64,000 nt of DNA. Origin: an uncultured Poribacteria bacterium. GTDB taxonomy: Bacteria; Poribacteria; WGA-4E; WGA-3G. Positions within the stretch are counted from its first letter, which is position 1, and every line of letters begins with the position of its first letter. The DNA is taken from contig OX638351.1 in assembly GCA_951813565.1 (NCBI GenBank), positions 2,624,001 to 2,688,000 of the forward strand, given 5' to 3'. Position numbers and translations under genes: made by a program. Shown here piece after piece: positions 61,329 to 64,000 of this stretch. The notes below the pieces were generated by a model, which was not told the origin of the DNA, did not search any database, and saw only the letters and a list, made by a program, of their open reading frames with translations.

Positions 61329-61859
61329 ATGGAAAATAAGGACTTTGACTTGAGAGGTAAACTTAACGTCCGCTCGGCTAAAGAGGACGATGCTAATCAT
61401 TTACAGGCATACTGCTTCCCCGAAAAAACCAGAGAACAGGTAGCTGATGAACTGAAAGCCGATTTAGATGCAGACAGCCAAACGACCCGACTCGTCGCTG
61501 ATGCAAGTGGTTATGCTGTCGGACACATCACTGTAAAACAGCATCCGCTAAATGATGAGGTAGGTCAAATTAGTGACCTTGCAGTATCCGGTCCCTTTCG
61601 ACTGTTAGGCGTTGCAGACCATCTGATTGCTGCTGCCGAAACAGCAGCAATAGAAAACGGTTTGAAAATCCTTGAAATTGAACTTGCAACTACAGATACA
61701 CCCGTTATACAAAGGTATAAGGATTGGGGATTCTCAGAAAAACCGATCGTCACGCTCCAAAAAGACCTAAACACTGAAGAAGAGAGTGATGAAGAAGAGG
61801 AGAACGAGGAAACTCAGGTAAATGAGGCAGACGCAGAACAGCAAAGTCTCTTGAATTAA
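61329..61859 (+). CDS. GNAT-family N-acetyltransferase with acidic tail
   Basis: LAVSGPFRLLGVADHLI and YKDWGF motifs; AAGGAG RBS. Confidence 0.8.
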   Translation: MENKDFDLRGKLNVRSAKEDDANHLQAYCFPEKTREQVADELKADLDADSQTTRLVADASGYAVGHITVKQHPLNDEVGQISDLAVSGPFRLLGVADHLIAAAETAAIENGLKILEIELATTDTPVIQRYKDWGFSEKPIVTLQKDLNTEEESDEEEENEETQVNEADAEQQSLLN

Positions 61860-61929
61860 AATAGATCGTTTGACGGTGGTTTCCATATATGCCTATAAAC
61901 GTCAATTTGACAACATGGATAAACAACGT

Positions 61930-62817
61930 ATGAAAAAAATATTTCTTATTATTACACTTGCTTTATTTATAGTTGGATGCGGCAACCAGAACGAACACCT
62001 TGCCAAAGGAAAAGAATTGATAAAATCCGACAAACGGAGAAAAGAGGAACGCGCTGTCCGTGAATTTAAACTTGCTATTGAACAAGAAAGTGATAATGCT
62101 GAAGCGCATTATCTGCTTGGATTCTACGATTCGCAGGAGTTCTACGAAGCCAACCAATCGGAGTGGAATCAGGCATCAATTGCGCAGAGAGGGCAGCACA
62201 TGTTTAAAGCGTATCAAGAAGACTCGCGTGAATACCTTGAAATTCTTATTTTTGATACGCTTCGAGACGACGACGTGAGTGTGCAAAACGCTGCATTAGA
62301 AGCTCTGACACTTGTTTACCAGAAGGGCGACCGCAAACAACTTCTCAAGCAACTCGAAAAAGCGATTAAGTCCAAAGACAATCGTGACAGACATGATGCA
62401 CATTGGGTCATGGCGAACATCGGCAGGTCTGATCCAACGACTATGGTACCGATTCTAATTGAATTGCTAAAACACAATCAGATGGGCACCCGTTTGAATG
62501 CTGTTAAAGCACTTGGTGAAATAGGGAGTGAAGATGCTATTCCTGTCCTTGCTGCTCTCGTTGAATCTGGTTCTGCAAAGCGAGAACGTGATCGTGAAGA
62601 ACCTGAAGTGCGTCAGTTGGCTGTCGCAGCACTTGGAAAAATCGGAGGCAAAGCGGTCCCTGAACTTGTCAAAATTACACAGAACAAAGGTTCTTCCCTC
62701 CGAGTTGATGCGATTCGGGCGCTATCCACGCTCGGCGATGAGAAAGCTGTACAACCCCTTTTGGATGCGTTGAAAGAAAAAAGTAGTCGGGAAGTTGTTG
62801 TAAATTTAAGAAATTAA
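61930..62817 (+). CDS. Lipoprotein with TPR and HEAT repeats
   Basis: Lipobox FIVGC, AEAHYLLG, repeated R..AV.ALG.IG..A.P.L. Confidence 0.82.
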   Translation: MKKIFLIITLALFIVGCGNQNEHLAKGKELIKSDKRRKEERAVREFKLAIEQESDNAEAHYLLGFYDSQEFYEANQSEWNQASIAQRGQHMFKAYQEDSREYLEILIFDTLRDDDVSVQNAALEALTLVYQKGDRKQLLKQLEKAIKSKDNRDRHDAHWVMANIGRSDPTTMVPILIELLKHNQMGTRLNAVKALGEIGSEDAIPVLAALVESGSAKRERDREEPEVRQLAVAALGKIGGKAVPELVKITQNKGSSLRVDAIRALSTLGDEKAVQPLLDALKEKSSREVVVNLRN

Positions 62818-62888
62818 AACCAATTTTGTCCGTTATGTGTGGACAGAAATGCCATCACTTCGTATCCGAATGATTGAAAGGAACGTGA

Positions 62889-64000
62889 ATGTTTAGAAAT
62901 GTACCGATAATATTCATTTTAGTTATCTTAGCATTTGCGCTTGGATGTGATAACTACTATTACGATGAACACTTAAAAATGGAAGTGCAACAACTTGATA
63001 GTGACCTCGAAAATAGATGGTCAACGAGCGGTGTCGTCATAAAAGTTATTAGACCGAATGGTCCTGCCGATAAAGCAGAATTATCATCTGGAGAACTCAT
63101 TTCTTATGTAATAGGTGAGTATCCCATTCAGAATCCTCGCGATTTCAAGCGTGCAGTGAAAAAATCTATGGTTGATGACAATAACATGCTGCTGCACCTC
63201 AAAGGTAAGGATCCACTCCGTATTGCGACGCGGAAAATTGGTGATAAAGTAGGTTTGGAGGTTGAAGGTAGCGGCACCGTTCGTATCAAGAAAATTATTC
63301 CCGGTACTCCCGCTGCAAATAGTGACGCTATTCAGGTTGGTGATGTTGTAGAAAAGATTGTTGATGAGCGAAGAATCCACAGTTTAAACGACTACAAAAA
63401 AACTGTCAATGAGTTTGCGGAATTGAATGTAAACTTGACCTTCAGGACAACCGAACTCATTGGCGTAAAAATAGCAGCTGTTACTGCTCTCGGCAATTTA
63501 GGCGATACCCGTGCTGTTGAATCTTTAATAGAGATTCTTAAGAATAGTAAAGAACTTTCACTCCGTAAAGCAGCAGCACGGAGTTTAGAACGGCTTGTCG
63601 CCCTAAGCGAACTCAATTCACTCTTTCAGCAGTTTCAACAAGAAAATGTGAATCAACTTCCCGCGGATACACTTGATAGTCAACAACGCGATTCTGCTGA
63701 AATTCTCGGATTACTTCTCGTTGACCCCGCTGCAAATACGGCAACACTTGAAGCACCGTTCGGAATCCAATTCCGTTACCGTTCAGAAGCACTGTATCAG
63801 AAAGTAAACGAAGGTCCCCTTGTTGAACTTGCCGAACAATATATCCAAATTGTTACTGAACCGGAACAAGAAATTCGTCGCGCATGTCTCTTCATTCTCG
63901 GCACCCTTAAGCCTATCTCCGCGATTGAACCTCTCATCAAAGTGCTCAGAGACCAAAATGAAATTCCCGGTATCCGTTTCCAAGCTGGCTTAGCGCTTAG
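62889..64000 (+). CDS. Lipoprotein with two PDZ-like domains and HEAT repeats (runs off the window)
   Basis: Manual translation: MFRNVPIIFILVILAFALGC…VVIKVIRPNGPADKAEL…IKKIIPGTPAA…IQVGDVV…AAVTALGNLGDTRAVESLI; GAAAGG RBS. Confidence 0.8.
   Translation, partial: MFRNVPIIFILVILAFALGCDNYYYDEHLKMEVQQLDSDLENRWSTSGVVIKVIRPNGPADKAELSSGELISYVIGEYPIQNPRDFKRAVKKSMVDDNNMLLHLKGKDPLRIATRKIGDKVGLEVEGSGTVRIKKIIPGTPAANSDAIQVGDVVEKIVDERRIHSLNDYKKTVNEFAELNVNLTFRTTELIGVKIAAVTALGNLGDTRAVESLIEILKNSKELSLRKAAARSLERLVALSELNSLFQQFQQENVNQLPADTLDSQQRDSAEILGLLLVDPAANTATLEAPFGIQFRYRSEALYQKVNEGPLVELAEQYIQIVTEPEQEIRRACLFILGTLKPISAIEPLIKVLRDQNEIPGIRFQAGLAL

Noticed and set aside
1..64000. tRNA, rRNA or known riboswitches
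   Set aside because: None recognised by eye; the intergenic hairpins are explained by REP/MITE families. A covariance-model scan was not possible.

Overview
Bacterial genomic window, probably Candidatus Poribacteria (inferred from the many PhyH-family dioxygenases, LamG-type secreted proteins and a shared C-terminal 'V[DE]PxGKLxTTWxxLK' tail). The core genes are sbcDC, an iscU-like/iscA pair, rfbB, a Ski2/HelY-like helicase, many catabolic enzymes and a TonB-dependent receptor. Mobile DNA includes two apparently identical IS1595 copies, IS3, IS5, IS701 remnants, a lone TnpB element, and a ~10-kb decayed island (34.0-44.0 kb) with glycosyltransferase pseudogenes and split RHS/YD genes. The intergenic DNA is a dense, nested system of GTAG-type REPs and several MITE families. 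The most unusual signal is a ~34-bp hairpin micro-element ([C/G]AATCAAC head plus a covarying stem-loop) present about 30 times. It inserts without target duplication into REPs, MITEs and itself, forming Russian-doll nests and a perfect 5x34-bp tandem array. Other candidates are the shared C-terminal tail as a possible sorting signal, an ABC-type ATPase plus PD-(D/E)xK gene pair as a possible defence module, a REP-targeting MITE with 18-19-bp duplications, and an ASRT-domain fusion. No rRNA, tRNA or CRISPR array was recognised. All assignments come from motif recognition by eye; no searches were run.
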